The notes: a model not told the origin generated them from the letters alone. DNA of 64,000 nucleotides from Dimorphilus gyrociliatus (GCA_904063045.1 CAJFCJ010000001.1:434001-498000); one strand, 5' to 3'. Numbered from the stretch's first letter, positions 1-14,400 are shown. Translations and numbers: made by a program.

Positions 1-527
1 TTGCCTAATATCCGTAACGCTCCTGCTACTTTTTTAATACGGGCTATTTCAATTAAATTTAGAAGAGCTTTTGTTAATGAGAAAGGAAAGTGAAAAGGTA
101 TATATCCCATGATAATCCAGGCTATTGTTAATTGTATGGAAATTTTCTTTCTCTTTTTATACAAATATCCTAAAGACGCATTTAAACAATACGTATACAT
201 TATAAGTGTGTGTATGTATAGTTAATTTCCGTAGAAGAACGCCGTCGGCCACGTGCGTTATAGCTGGTGTGTCTCGAGTCAACAAAACGCCGTTCGTATT
301 TATTGGTTTTATTCATTGCCTAATTCTAAAGCGATTTTCCTACATGTTTACCCGGCTATTCGTTGTGGGTGTTCATACAATTTTTACACGCAAACAAATT
401 TTTATAGACGTACCAAGGACGTACGTGTATGTTTATAATCTGCCGTCTACGCCCCCATCTCATCTTTCATATTAAATTCAAATAAAGATAATTTCGCTAA
501 ACTATCATTTTCCCTTTATCATAATAG

Positions 528-1697
528 CTAAAGGCTTCGTACGATGGTCAGCTAACTTGTTCGGAAGATGGATGGCTGGAAGAAATTCGACCTGCCAGAA
601 ATAGGCACGAACAGAATGTTGAAGCAGTGAGAGGGGAAAAGAGAAAGCTAGTATTACGAACCATCAGGTCAATTCATTGCGGACAGGAAATCTTCGTTTG
701 GTATGGTGAAGAGCTAGGAAGAGAAATGAATATTCCTATTTTATCCCCAGCTAATATCAAAGGTAAGATATTTCTTTCTAATTGTTTCATAGAGAATTTA
801 GACAAAGTCTATTCCGTTTTAAGATTTTTTTTATTATTATTTAAAAAAAAACATTTACTCTACTTTGTTTAATTAGGCTCAAATGACTATCGATGTTCAT
901 CTTGCTCAGCCTCTTTTCAACACCCAAATGTCCTGAAGGCTCACATTCGATTTAAGTGTTCCAGCAATCTGGGAAGCTTACTTGGGGGTTCAGACGAACC
1001 TTTGAATTTATCAAAGAGAACCTCTATTCAGCAGCAGCAACATCAACCTATTCAAATATTTAATCATATTCATGCACCCGCCTTTGCTTTACCAGCCGCA
1101 CTGCTCTACCCGACATTGTATCCTACGTCAACTCCATTCTATCCTCAATTTCTTACTTCTGGACCGTCTCCGCCTGCTCCTCAAGTAAAAAATGAGCCAA
1201 ATACCGAAACGCACCTGCCACCCACCTTCCCCTTACCAAGCGAGAAGGATGGCGAACCTATCGACCTTCTACCGCGTTCCCTTTACATGAACAAGTCGAA
1301 TAAGGGTCACCTGTGTATATACTGCGGAAAGTTGTACTCGCGCAAGTACGGACTCAAGATCCACTTGCGCACGCACACCGGATACAAGCCGCTTAAATGT
1401 AAGATTTGCCTTCGACCGTTCGGAGATCCGAGCAATCTCAATAAACACATAAGGCTACACGCTGAGGGCGATACGCCCTACCGTTGTCATTTATGTGGAA
1501 AGGTTCTAGTCCGAAGAAGAGATTTAGATAGGCATATAAGGTCAAGGCATCCAGTAGATTCAACAAAAAATCACTCAGATAGCCTCCCACCAGAAGAAGA
1601 GGAAGAAGAGGAAATGGAAGAATTAGAAGCTATTGAAGGAGAGTTGAGTGACGGAGGTGTTGCTGATGATGAGGAAGAAATCGAAGTTGTTGTTTGA
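528..1697 (+). CDS. PRDM13: PR/SET-domain zinc-finger protein PRDM13 (5' exon(s) unresolved)
   Basis: Exons 528-762 and 877-1697 join in frame across a GT-AG intron. They give a PR-domain segment (WLEEIRPARNRHEQNVEA...IFVWYGEEL), a first finger YRCSSCSASFQHPNVLKAHIRFKC, and the C-terminal C2H2 cluster GHLCIYCGKLYSRKYGLKIHLRTHTGYKPLKCKICLRPFGDPSNLNKHIRLHAEGDTPYRC typical of PRDM13. Confidence 0.93.
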
Positions 1698-2592
1698 GCA
1701 ACAGCTGCAATTACTTTTCAATCTGCCGCCAATAAAAAGCGGTCATAATAAAGATGTACGATGACGTATAGCGGTTGTTTTTACCGCTTCTGTCAAAATC
1801 CCCTAACAAGGGACTCTGTCTGTCGATACATGTGGGCGTGGCTAAATAAAAAGAATTTAATCCTCCTATTTATTTACGCCTTTATCAGCGTCCACTTGAC
1901 GGCGTAATGACGTCACTAACCCGGCAGCTGCCCGCCTCTCACGATTAATTCGCCATCGATACGTGATCTCGTTTTATACGTAAATATAGGAAAAAAAGTT
2001 ATTATTGCCGACGATAAGGTCGCGCATTAGGCGGACAATGGCCGCCAGCTGCACACTTCGAAAATCGACCGGCCGAAGGTTATCGTCTCTTTCGCTTTGT
2101 TACGGCGTCTAATTTGTCACATGACGAGTGTTAAAAATGGCACTCGGCGTTCCTTTTACATCTATAACTTCTTCTACAACGCCGCCCTACTTAGTTATAC
2201 GTCTACGGTCACCCACTTGACTCGAGTAGACCTTCATCCCTTTCGTTTAGATTTCTCCCTGCACCTGCTGTCTTTCTATACCACTTCTTCCTCTTTCTGC
2301 ATTCCGACGCAATTTTCAAGAGCCTTGTAAGCTGCTTTGATTTGTTTAACATCTTTCAACGGTATAGACGCCCGATTTCTTTCTACAAGTGTGCCATCTA
2401 ACGGTAGATTAATTTCTGAACAAATTTTTTAAAGTTCATATGTATATCTTTCGTTTTAGTAGAAAAAAGAAAATAGACAAAAAAGTAAAAGTTAGGTAAA
2501 TAAATATGGCAGTTCAACAAAAATATATACAAAATGGAGAATTCTAAGAAATTACGTTCATAGTATTTTTTTAACTATATACATCTTAAATA

Positions 2593-4094
2593 TTAAGTTG
2601 ATAGAGGTCTAAGAGAACCGCCACCATTTTTTGCTCTTGCACATTCAACACACCCATAGGGTGCTCCTCTCATATCGCTTATTTCTTGAACGCTTGCGTA
2701 CTCGTTCTCAGGCTGCAATAATTGACCATTCGAAAGTCCGCCGTTCATAGCGCTTTTTGGTAGTGTTCTTTGATAAACACCAGATGGCGTCTTGGACCGG
2801 CGATACTCGACAGGCGCCATCTCAGACATGGAGTAGATAGCAGCATAAGCCGCTTTCCTTCGTTGCCTTTACAGAGAAGAAAGTGAATTATTGATTAGGT
2901 CTAAAAACCGGTTGCGCATATACCTTTGAAGCATTAGTAATCCGATTGTCAGAATGCATACGCTTATAATCAAAGCGAGCCCGAGAATGATGGCGATAAG
3001 GATGCCGGGTGGGATGGAGATAGATCCCAGGCGAATCAACGAACTACTTCCAGTTTCGGCTGCTGTATAATTAAAGGAAAAAGATACAGGTCTCTTGATA
3101 TTTCAAAGTTTACTTTATCTTATACGAACGTTCTGTACAATTCAGCCTACCCCCCGTCCATTCATTACCGGAGCACTCCAGTCTCCACCTCCTCCCATCT
3201 TTGCATCTAATTGTTAGGTGGTTAGATTTCCTAACGTAAGTTGTTCCAGGATTTTGAGCGGAAGAGTAGAGGTTGGGGCAGCCGATAACTGATGGGAAAA
3301 AATAATGATTCTAGGTTACGAAAACTTGTATCATCATTTGTTAAAGTGTTACGTGATATGTTTACCAGATATGTTTAGTAAAAAGTTCATTGAGGAATTT
3401 GTAAGTATCCTCTCTGTGACGGATATCTCTGTTGAGCTAGTGTCCGTTTCAAATATTTGCACTTCTTCCTGTCCACCACAAATCATCTTCGATCTTAAAT
3501 CTTTTTGTTCTATTTTTAATGCTCCGTAAGAGCTTTTACAATTATTCCTGCTATATTGGCCACTGAGCTTTCTTTTCGGAGAATCAATCAATTCCATACG
3601 AATCCTACGGCCCTCTTTAACCTTCAAAGACAGACGACAACTGGGGCCTTTTCTCTTATTTAATCTGAATTGCTCGGATGATAGTAGAACATCATGATTG
3701 AGTCGATAATTCTTTAATTTACATATATCTTTAATAGATGACAATTTTCTACAAGCGTATTCCGCCTGTAAATGTTTTAAGTAAACTCCTGAACAATGTT
3801 TCTTATCCATTAAAGATCTTTGTGTTGAGAATAGTCTTAAAAAATCACTTCCAAATATCTGGCAAGTTCGATTTCCATTACAGATGGCGCCTAAAGTCGC
3901 TCCGACGTCACTCCCACAGTCCTCCGACTTCGAAAAGTCATTATCATTCACGCACTTTCGTATTATATCCATGTTGAAAGCATATTCAGCTCTCTTAATT
4001 TCTATTACGGAGCCAACACCGCAAGAGAATGTTACTTTTACTTCATCTTTACTGCAGAATATATCAAACTTTCCTGGTCTGGCAACAATGCAAT
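2593..4094 (-). CDS. Single-pass type I membrane protein with SUEL(Gal)-lectin-like, CUB-like and sushi-like ectodomains (5' end unresolved)
   Basis: Exons 4094-3366, 3288-3130, 3062-2924 and 2866-2593 join in frame with GT-AG introns (phases 1,1,2). They contain a SUEL-like Cys pattern (FSCGVGSVIEIKRAEY...CNGNRTCQI...KHLQAEYAC), a CUB-like segment (CRLSLKVKEGRRIRMEL...ICGG), a sushi-like segment (GCP...IRCKDGRRWRLECSGNEW...C), a TM helix (GILIAIILGLALIISVCILTIGLLML) and a basic stop-transfer (QRQRRK). Confidence 0.75.
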
Positions 4095-7000
4095 CTGTTT
4101 TAAGATAAAAAGGAAAAGGATAATAGTAGAAAATATAGTACAGAAATGAAGAACTAGCATAAAAAAGAGACAGAAATTCACTACACGAACAAGAATGACG
4201 GAAAAATTGCAGTTGTATAGGCCTATTAACCTCGATGATCGGTTATTGCAAAAGCGTGTCTACGTTGGGAGGAGGGAAGAAGACGAGCATCGCTTTATTG
4301 ACCGACGCTCTGGCGTCTAATGAGCTATGGGCGTTGAAGCGACGATCAAACGTTGTCGCTTTTATTAATTTCTCGTTGATAAGCAAGGCAAACATCGATA
4401 AGCGAAAAAAGGTTTTATTATTCGCACGTGCCCCGCATGCGTTGATATAATTCAAGTCACGTATGTAGACGAATTCGTGAGCAAGGCTAATTTACACTAA
4501 TTCTTACTTAATCAGAGCGCTCTGACGCTATTGGAAACGTTTTCTAGAACGAAAATTGATCCATCTCACGCCAATTTTTTTTCCTCTCCTCTGATAAATA
4601 GCAGGTGCATAAAACAGTTGAGAATGATCATATTCGCTCGTTAGTTGTTTCCATGAATTATTCATTTCTTCACAAAAATTACTTATCGACTCCAGGATGT
4701 TTAAAATTAAAATTTATATTACAAGTCTTTGTAAATACGTAATTGATTCTGCTCAATCAATAGCCAATACGGAATTGATTTACTGTTTGATTTACACAGA
4801 GCTCTGCAAAAATAAGTTTGCTAAGCACGTGATAAGTTTTATATATAAGCTTTTAGTCTATTTTATTTATCTGTCTGTCTCTTTATATATATATATATAC
4901 AGTATATGTAGTAGTATATGTATTTTCTTCTTTTCCTTTCTCCCTCTTACTTAGGTATATTTATATACAAACATGCTAAAGTTTATAATTCTCTTGCCTA
5001 TCTTCAATATCTCCCTCTCCACCTTAGAATGGATTTACGTATTCGTTCTTAGAACGGAAAAACCCTGTAAAGAAGCCCGGAGGAAGAAAAGGAAGCGCGG
5101 TTCTATTCAGTAAGGCAACTATGAGTTTGTAATAAGCAAGCCAGCTACTTTGTCGGCAAGCTAGACGGAACAAAAGCGTGCTGAGAGAGAAAAAATTTCC
5201 CACATAAAAATTACTTTGGCCTTTGCGGTCGTTGCTGTATATGAAAATGAATGGAACTCGTTAAAACGCCGATTTATAGGCAAATAAATAAACCAACTAC
5301 TGGAAAAAGTCGACTTTGTTTACAATAGCACCCACGTTATGTATACAGAAAGAACGGGGTCGAAAAATTTATTTTCTCTAGACTAGTTTCATTCGATAGT
5401 TTGCACAAGGGGCAAATAACGAATGAAACGTAGAAAACGGTCGAAGGTCGGGACAGAGTCATAGATGAGAAGGAGTTCGTTATCGAACAACTATAACGAG
5501 CATTTTCGAATACTAATCACTATAATGAAAACGCTCGATAAGAAAGTGCTTAGAAGCTTTGAAAAGAAGTTGGTAAACTATTGTTTGTCAGACAATAAAA
5601 CCTTTCGGCTTCCACATACAACTTTCGCACCTTCCCTCTCTTTTTTAATACTTTCCATTCTTTTGTCCTCTTTTGAAAATAAATCATTTTTATTATTTTA
5701 GGCCTATTACCAAAGTCTCATTTACAGTTTTATATACCCTTTGCTTTTTTTTCCTTCATGTCAGTTTTGTGGCACACGCCCGGGGGTTTACCGGTCACGT
5801 GATTATTATGTATATCTAAAGCATCACATGTATAGAGAAAAAAGAGAGTAGTTTATGGCTTCTCATACCATTGATCTTTATGGCTACTTAAATCTATTTA
5901 TTTCGTTTTAGGATAAGACGTCTAAGCGAATCATATAGTTCGTGTATTATTCATAAGTTTCCGTGTTGGATCTCAATAATAAATTAACTATTACATACTA
6001 TACAGTCGTGAATAATAACATTAATTCTTTTATGATAGACAGAGAAAGAGAGAGAGATAGATAGATAGAAAAGAAGAAAGGATATCATACTATATCTGTT
6101 ATTTTCATTCAAAATTTGTACAACTAAGATAAATTATAGTATAAAATATGGAGGTGATACAGCTAACCAAACAAGCAAAACTTGCTTAAACGCGTCAAAA
6201 CGCGTGTAGAAAATTAACAATAACTTCAATTGCTAATCTCAACAGCAAAGCAACTCTTTAAACAGTAATCGGTAATACTCTAATAATCTAATATGGAATA
6301 CAGGTAAAAGAATTTTTGACATGTATGCAATTACAGTAAATGAAAGGTGTGAATAAAGAGTTCTTATTTCGTATATTTTTCCACATTTGAATTAATTTTC
6401 TTCTTAGAATTTCATTTTATTTTATACATATAGTGATATTAATTAAGCTAATTGCATTTGTGTCCTCTTACCGTTTTAATTATCACGCAAGGGATCGACG
6501 CAAATTTTCGCTAAACGATGTGGAAAAGTAGACTATTCCATTTAAATTACTCTCCTACATTTCGAGAACATAAGTGTAAGTACTTTAATGTAATTTATAC
6601 GTATATCTAAAGAAGCTTATTACCAGTTGTTAAAGGCCGCCATATTGTTTAATCTGGTAACAATCTTTCGAATGTTTTTAAACGATTCCCTCCTCTCAAA
6701 GGGTAATACTAAGCGAACAAGTATTGAGCGGTATGCTTTAAAAAATACTACATGAAGAAAGAGCAAGATAACGCAAAAAACCACCGACGACCATCTGCAA
6801 ACGATTGCGGTATTGCAGCCGACCGGCGCTAGTATTGGCGCCTGCACGAGATTACCGTACGGGTTGTATAGATAAAAGAGCGCATCAAAGTGGAAGAGCC
6901 TATTTAGGCCTAAAAGTATATACGTATACGTCTTACCACCATTTTCTATTACTGACGGATCGGAGCCGGATTTAATAAGATCCTCGTTAATATTCGTTAG

Positions 7001-8103
7001 AACCCGCCAAGACTTACACCCTCTTTTTAGTGCTTTTTGTTCGAATGGAAAGGAATTATACCATTATTCCGGTCTTTAATATTTATGAATATATATATAT
7101 ATATACTCTATATATATAGTGTACACCGCATTCATATATCTATCTATATATGCGACTTAGTGTTCTTTATACCCTTGTCTCAATGAAAGAAGAGTTTATG
7201 AATTTTTTTTTCCTTGAGAAGCGGTTCCTCATTAGAATATTATTTACTTAGGCCTTATTCGAAAACCTCTCTTGTACACTACTTTTATAGTTATTTATAT
7301 ATATTTACTGAATATATAGGTATATATTGTATTATATGTTAAGTATATATATAAATATTCTTAATAATAATACATCGACTATATAAAAATGAGGTAGAGT
7401 ACATTTTCTGTATGTTTTAGATATTCCAATTAGTAACCCTAGACGTCACAGACAACCGGTTTTAATTACCTTATCTTTCATCTTATCTAACTATATCCAG
7501 TAATATAATAAACTAGAAAAGCATGAACTAAGTAAAGAAATGGGAATAGAAACTGCAACAACGATTCTCAAAGATATTCCCCATAGAGCCGTTTTATAAT
7601 TGATTCGGTTAACGAGGCCTTGTTTTTCAGACCGCTCATTTAAAAGTAAATAAAGCTAGACAAACTCCTATCATATGCTTTGGGATCTAGAAAAAAGCTA
7701 TATTATAATTATATATCGTTTGTCACTGCGATAAAAGGAAAAAATGATAGTAAAGTAAAAAGCGGGGAGAAAATGAAAGAGACAGAGAAGAAAATAGAAG
7801 AAAAAAAAAGACAAGAAAGGTTGATAGATAGAAAGAGGGAAGAAAAGGATTTAAAGGAAAAAACAACAACACACGTGCGATATTTACTAGATTTCTTTCT
7901 CTCTCTCTCCCCCTTCCCCTCCCCTCCACCTTGCTCTCTCTTTCTCTTTATCACTCCTTTTTCTTTTGAATTTTTACAATTAAAATTATGCTTTATTACT
8001 ATTTGTTTTTTTTAGTATAATTCGATTGCTTACAATGTTTAAAAAAACCGATAAATCATGAAAAAAAGAAAGAAAGAAATGGCAACATGTTGCGTTCGTA
8101 CAC

Positions 8104-8104
<1 letters not shown>

Positions 8105-8149
<45 letters not shown>

Positions 8150-8154
8150 TTCTC
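8105..8154. repeat. (TC)n microsatellite
   Basis: Near-perfect TC dinucleotide run read directly. Confidence 0.95.
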
Positions 8155-8648
8155 GATCTTTCCCCCTCTAATGCAATATTTCTGCTATGAAAAATTGGAA
8201 ATATATACTGACAATTTTTCTCTTATTTTTCTCTCTCATAATTTTTTATTAACTTACCAGCTGGTTGGTTTGTGATGAGAAAGACGGAAAGAGGCAGGAA
8301 ACGCATAAGCAGGCCTATCCGTAAAAACTCGTACTCTTCCATTTCTTATCTTTGAACTGGAACGAGTAGAGCTGTTTGATTTGCAGTTCCAGTGTGTAAA
8401 TGCTTAGCGTCTGTACTCCGTCTCCCCATAGATGGCGGTGGTGTAGCGTGTTCTTTTATGCAAATAGAACTTTGACTATATATAAATATATAGTTTTTTT
8501 TTAGTATGACTGCCCGGGTTAGTAGGCGGGGATTTCAACACACGAAACGGAAGAAGATCACGTGATTACATATTTGTATAAACAAGTGTATTTAAAGGGT
8601 GTAAAATACGATAGAAAGTAAGGAGAGGTTGACTACAGTGAATAGGAA

Positions 8649-9207
8649 ATGAGTAGGAATTTATTCATTACGATTCTAATTAATCTGATTATCACGAACT
8701 GCGTTCCGGCTAATAAAAGGGACGAATCGATGGAAATAGAAGATAGTATTAGGAAAAGTATAGAATTGGAAGAAGAGGTAATAAACTATTCGAAATGTAA
8801 TATACAGCTAGTAATCGGGTTTTACTATATTATTTATAAAGATAAAGAAGGAAGAGTTAGACAGCGAAAACGGTTTAACCAGTAGAGAAATATTTGATAT
8901 GAAGATTAAAGAAGAATTGGAATGGGAAGATGAAGATTTAGAAGAATCGAGGACTAACTACTTTAGACGGAAAATGAAAGATATGGAAAAGGAAAAATTT
9001 CAAGCTCGCGAAACGAATCTCCCCAACGAACCAGGTGAGACGTTTTTATTGTTTGCTTATACTGTTTCTAATAAAATTCTTTCATCGCCAGATCATACCA
9101 CGGAACCGACGAATTCTGCTGCTAGTCTAAAGATTACAAGCGCCTTGTGGTTTTTATTTGCTAGTATGTTTATCAATCTGCTGATGTTAACGCCATCTAT
9201 TGCTTGA
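8649..9207 (+). CDS. Small acidic secreted protein with hydrophobic C-terminus (putative GPI anchor), about 146 aa
   Basis: Exons 8649-8777, 8842-9034 and 9092-9207 join in frame. The protein has an N-terminal signal peptide (MSRNLFITILINLIITNCVPA), an E/D/K-rich core, and a hydrophobic tail (SALWFLFASMFINLLMLTPSIA) after small residues (NSAAS). Confidence 0.75.
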
Positions 9208-11477
9208 GTAAATGATCCTAATAAACTCCAGCCTGCAGTATTCGTAATCGGCCAAATATGAATTTCCCCTTAGTCAATTTTTTTATTTCCTTTTTATATT
9301 GTACATTTGAAAGAGACCGTCAAATTGTCAATAATTTTTCTCTTAAATTTATATATGATAATAAAAAGGAAAGAACGATATTTTGGATTTTTTTTATATC
9401 CAAAGGGAAACCTAGAAATGACTGGAATACTAACTAATAACATTGATAAAAGTGAATATATATATATATATATAAATTTATATATATAAATTTATATATA
9501 TATATACTGTATATGTATAGAATTTCATATATAGGCTTTAACGAAGTTTCCTTTCAAAAAACTTCTCAGCTTTCAAACGTATATATTAAATAGATATTAG
9601 TGTAACGGATAGGCTTATACAGAATATTTCTATCATCAGTGGATTTACTTTACTTTACTATTTGGACAGGAGATGGCGCTAGGGATTTGAAAGTAAAAGA
9701 AAAAGTAAAAGAAAACTTATCTAACCCTATGGCATACCCCTACTGTATTTCTTTCCTGAGGGGCCCTCGAAATTTTTCTCTACTGTAAACTAACTTCTGT
9801 TATATTTCCGACAGCCGGTTTACATTGGTTACTAGTTTACACCTTTTTGTAAGAGACGTTTTACGTCTGTTAAATAGGCTTAACATAAACGTTACCATAA
9901 TTTTGTGATGGGTTGTTACAAGTTACATACCACATTCTACAATTAGAACTCAATATAACCTTACAATTTTGTACAAAAAACGAAATAATGGTATAACGTA
10001 ACGTATAATTTGCAAAGTTAATTAACATTTTAAGGACGACACCAATTTACCTCTCTCTTTTAATTACAAGAATAAAGAGGTTGAAATGTTTGTTGTCTCT
10101 TCTTCCTTTATAAGTTTATATAAACAATTGATAGTGGAAGAATTTAAACAAGAAGGTTTATATGGTCAGATATAATAGTTACCCTCCCCCCACAAAAGTT
10201 TTAAAACATTCACCAAACAAACAGTTTGCAACAGCGCCCCTATCCTAGGTTTTCTCAGTTTGTAAATCTTGACAGAGTAGTTGCGAATTGTTTTCGCAGT
10301 TTCGAATAGAAAGGAACAGCGTTAAATTGATTCATTAAAAACTATGTGAATAATTCCTAGTGTGAGGGATAGAGAGAAAGAGAGTGAAAGAATGTTCATT
10401 ATGGATTAATTTAGCGTTTGATTGGCGTAAACTACTGTTTCAATTTGAACATTCTAAAAGGGTAAAGAGAAAGAGTGAAAAGTTTGAAGAGAAGCATTTT
10501 AGAAGAGAACTATCGATGGTATAGAGAGAAAGAAAAACTTCAAGAAGAACTCTCCTATTGTGTAACCTTTACGGTATATTATATAACGTTTCGGTAGGGA
10601 ATCCGATACGTGAAGAGATTGGAAAATCGTTAATCGGACAGAGAGTTTTCCCTTGTTTCTCCAAATCACCGAATTGCGTATTTATAAAAGGATTACGAGG
10701 GTGGAAACTTTTGCTACGAAGGAAGATGACGCTACCGAATCGGATTATTCTTTGAGTAGATGGCGCCAAATAAAGAAAAATCCGTAAAGAAGGAGGAAGA
10801 GAGGAACCCGAAAAAAGTTATTCTCTTTTCTTTTTTTTTTCTTTCAGATTTATCTACATGAGATCTCTCTCATTTCTGCTTTAAATCTATATCCTGGGTA
10901 GAAAGTAGGCAGCCCACTAGCCCTTATCTCTTACTAAAGCTTGGTGAGGCCTTTCATTCATCTTCGTTCGGAAATCGCTGACCGTTTGACACGTTGATGT
11001 AGGACGTGTTCGAAACTCGGCATTTAAACACCTGCAACACGGCCGGCAATCGTTGCCATACTACGCCTTCTTTCCTCTCCCGCCTCCACCCACCTCCTTT
11101 TTTTGTTTTCTTTGCAGTTTTTAAGAACTGCGCCTTATCGTCAGCTCTTGTATATGTATTTACGAGATAACTCTTTATAAACATTCACCCGTTGTTGGAT
11201 TTATTGTTTATATTAAACTCTCCCTATTCCCATCATCAAATTGGCGGGCTGACACTTAACAATTCGCTTTTTTTTTAGCCTAGCTCTCCGTTGATTAGAC
11301 ACTTGTAGATCACGTGATCGTCTCCAATCGTCAGCGATTGGTTCGACTTTTAGCGCCTGTGGTTCAGTTCATATTCTGTTGCAGAGTTGCTGCCTAGTGG
11401 CAGAACGTCGACAAGAAATCGGAGTGGATGAAAGCAGCCGAACGAAACGCGGCTTACGAGCCGCCATCTTCTTCGCA

Positions 11478-14400
11478 ATGTTCTCCTTCGTTATTCTATC
11501 TCTTAGTTTGATAGTACATTTTTCCTATGCCATCCCCGTCCACGTTCATAATGATGTCGTGACACTTAATCTTACGGAGCTAAAGAAAATTGGAATAGAT
11601 GCCAATAACCTATTGGTGAATATTAAGCGTTTATCTGATGGAGACGCCAGTTGCCCTGAGTTGCGACCTACCGACTACAAAATGCGTCTCTTTAAAATTC
11701 GACATACGAAAGCGGTTTGTAATGACGGATCAAAAGCCGGGTAAATACACAGTTTTGCCAACATTTTACGCACAATCTCAAAGCTTTATAATCTAGTTCT
11801 TTCATCTTCGCCGCCCGGTTAATCTTAACATTTATTTTTCGATAAGTCCATATACGACCAGGCCAGTACGTTTTTAATTAATTTCTATTATAACAGATAT
11901 TATCTTCTGAAGAACTCCGACCCAAAAAAATGGATCGTGTTTTTACAAGGTAAGATGTGGGAAATGGCGCCTCCAAAAAACGATTATCTGATTAGCGTCA
12001 GATAAGCCAAGATTAGAGGATTTATTAAAATAACATAAATACTTTATAATAATAATAATAGAATAATTAATAAACAGCTTTTTGATTTTTTTGTTTTTCT
12101 TAAAAGGAGGCTGGTTTTGCATAGACGAAGAAAGTTGCGAAAAAAGGCAGGAAGCTAGCCCTCAATTTAGCGGTTCAGCCAGTTGGCCTCCTCTAAAAAC
12201 CGGTAAGTATAGGCCTATTGAACAGGGGGGGTAATTTGTTGACGGCATAAAGGAACTTGTCACGGGGCGAATGGAGTTGTAGATGTCACGTCAATCCTTA
12301 TCGATTTTCATTCTTCAGGTACGGGAATTTTGTCGACGAATCCGGATGAAAACCCACTGTTCTTTGACGCAAACATAGTGTTCGTTTTTTCCTAATATAA
12401 ATTGGCAGTAATCGTATTGATAATAGGTCCCATTCAGTTGTTATCAAAAGATAATTCTATAATATAAAATAATAATGGGAAGGGTAGGAAAAGTGTAGGG
12501 GGAAAGAGGCAGGAGAAGATAAAAACGGAAAAGAAATATATTTTCTTTTTTCCTCTTGTTTTGTTGTGTACAAGCATAAATAAGAATTAAAAGTAATCCT
12601 CTCTTCTTCTTTTATCTTAACAGATACGTCCCGTATTGTTCAAGCGATTCGTGGTCGGGTAGAAAATTTTCAACCAAATCATTCAGCTTCATGGGTTCAG
12701 TTATTCTAGCGAAATTATTTAGAGACTTGTCTGAATTACACAACTTAAAATCGGCAACAAGAATCTATCTAAGTGGTTCAAGCGCTGGAGCCACTGGAGT
12801 CTTAATGAACATCGACAGAATCAGCCAAAGATTAATTAACTTGGCACCAAAAGCCAAAGTACGAGGTATAATCGATAGCGGATGGTATCTGGACAATATG
12901 CCATTTAAGAGAGAATCCGATTGTAGGGATAATCCTTTGCACTGTTCACCGTCAAAAGCTATTTCGATTGGTTTTAAATATTGGAAAGGTGTCGTACCAT
13001 ACAACTGTGCTAAACAATTTGGTTCAGAAGAGGCTTGGAAATGCTACTTTGGTCATAGAGTCTACCCAACTCTAAAAAGTAACAATTCAAATATTCTCTT
13101 TATTTTATTTTTCTTTCAATCCTTTGGTCTTCTTTTTTCTATTCTTTCTCTTTCTTTTTTTTTATTACATATTATATAATCTTATACAATTACCCCCTGG
13201 GCAGCGCCGATATTCATCATACAAAATCTGTTCGACGAAGCTCAATTAATGGCTAACAGGGTTTATCCGCCTGCAAACGATCGGCAAAGACGTTTCATGC
13301 TGGACATAGGCCAAGACTTTATCAGAACTTTATCAAACGTATCGTAAGTATATTTACAATGTTATATTTCAATAACAACAAGTAATAATAGCTATAATAA
13401 GAATCTTAATAAGTTTTGATTATTATTGCCAATTGAAGAAGAATTTTTATTTTTCCCTTTACGCCTCTACTTAAAAAAATCGTTTAAATTAAAAATCGCT
13501 ACGTTTAAGGATCAAACAAGCCGTCTTATAAGGGTTATGAACTAGAAAGGAGTATAAGATATACAATGAATAATTAATTTTAGTTCGGTCTTGTTGAAGA
13601 CCAGGTGCACCCCTTGTAGAGCAACTATCACATTCTCATCAATTATAAAGTATTTTATTATTAAAATGTCGTTATTTATTCTACTTCTTTTTCTTACAGT
13701 GCCGTCTTCGCTCCTTCTTGCGTTTCTCATCAAGTTCTCCAGAAACCGGATTGGTTCAAATTGACAGTTCGTAGAACAAGTCTCCTACAAGCTTTAAAAT
13801 GTTGGACTGAGGGAGATGCCGAACAAAATCGCTATGGAACTAGAATGAAAAAGAATTTTAGATCGACACTCGGCAAAAGGGATTTTTTTCTCACAGGGTA
13901 TGCGTTGATCATTAACTAGTAATTACTATAGCCTATAATAATAACATTCTTCCTCGACGAATAGGGAAAAGTTAATGAAGGACGATCCAAGGGCTATCAG
14001 GGCTAGCGCACCCTCGAACAAGCGTAAGATATTGAGGATTTTTGATCTGAAAAGGTGCCGTAGGCTTAAGAGAAAGAACAGGAGGAAACCGAAATCGAAA
14101 CGGAAACGAATAATCTGTAAGTTGATGGTACAAACAAGAATAATTTAGTTGGCCCGAAGCTTTGTATATTGAGTCACAAGAGCATACTTGGAAGGCGGCA
14201 TATCAAAGAGCAACTATCCTTTGATGTCTATTAGCACCTTTCGACAATTAACTCCACTATCTAAGCATACTAAGTTTTTTTTCGGCCTTTGGCTATTTAC
14301 TTTACGGTCGTTCCTAAATGTTCCTCAAGTAGTCGACCGCCATTGTTGCTATCTACTCTAAGCTCTTTTGACGCCTTAATCTAATGTTTTATTTACGATT

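Noticed and set aside
235-420. Possible upstream PRDM13 exon (phase 0, KNAVGH…RRTKD|GTACGT)
   Set aside because: Splice sites are plausible, but there is no convincing similarity to PRDM13 exon 1 and no ATG, so it is not included in the gene model.
6620-6847. 75-aa ORF with a hydrophobic stretch
   Set aside because: GTG start, no family, and I could not link it in frame to the lectin-receptor gene; possibly UTR or regulatory DNA.
7680-8275. Cluster of 60-110 aa ORFs rich in K/E/R or L/S/F
   Set aside because: Produced by GA/CT microsatellites and purine tracts; no coherent protein.
9461-9506. Perfect 46-bp AT-only palindrome
   Set aside because: Low complexity: (TA)n with two AAATTT units arises readily by slippage.
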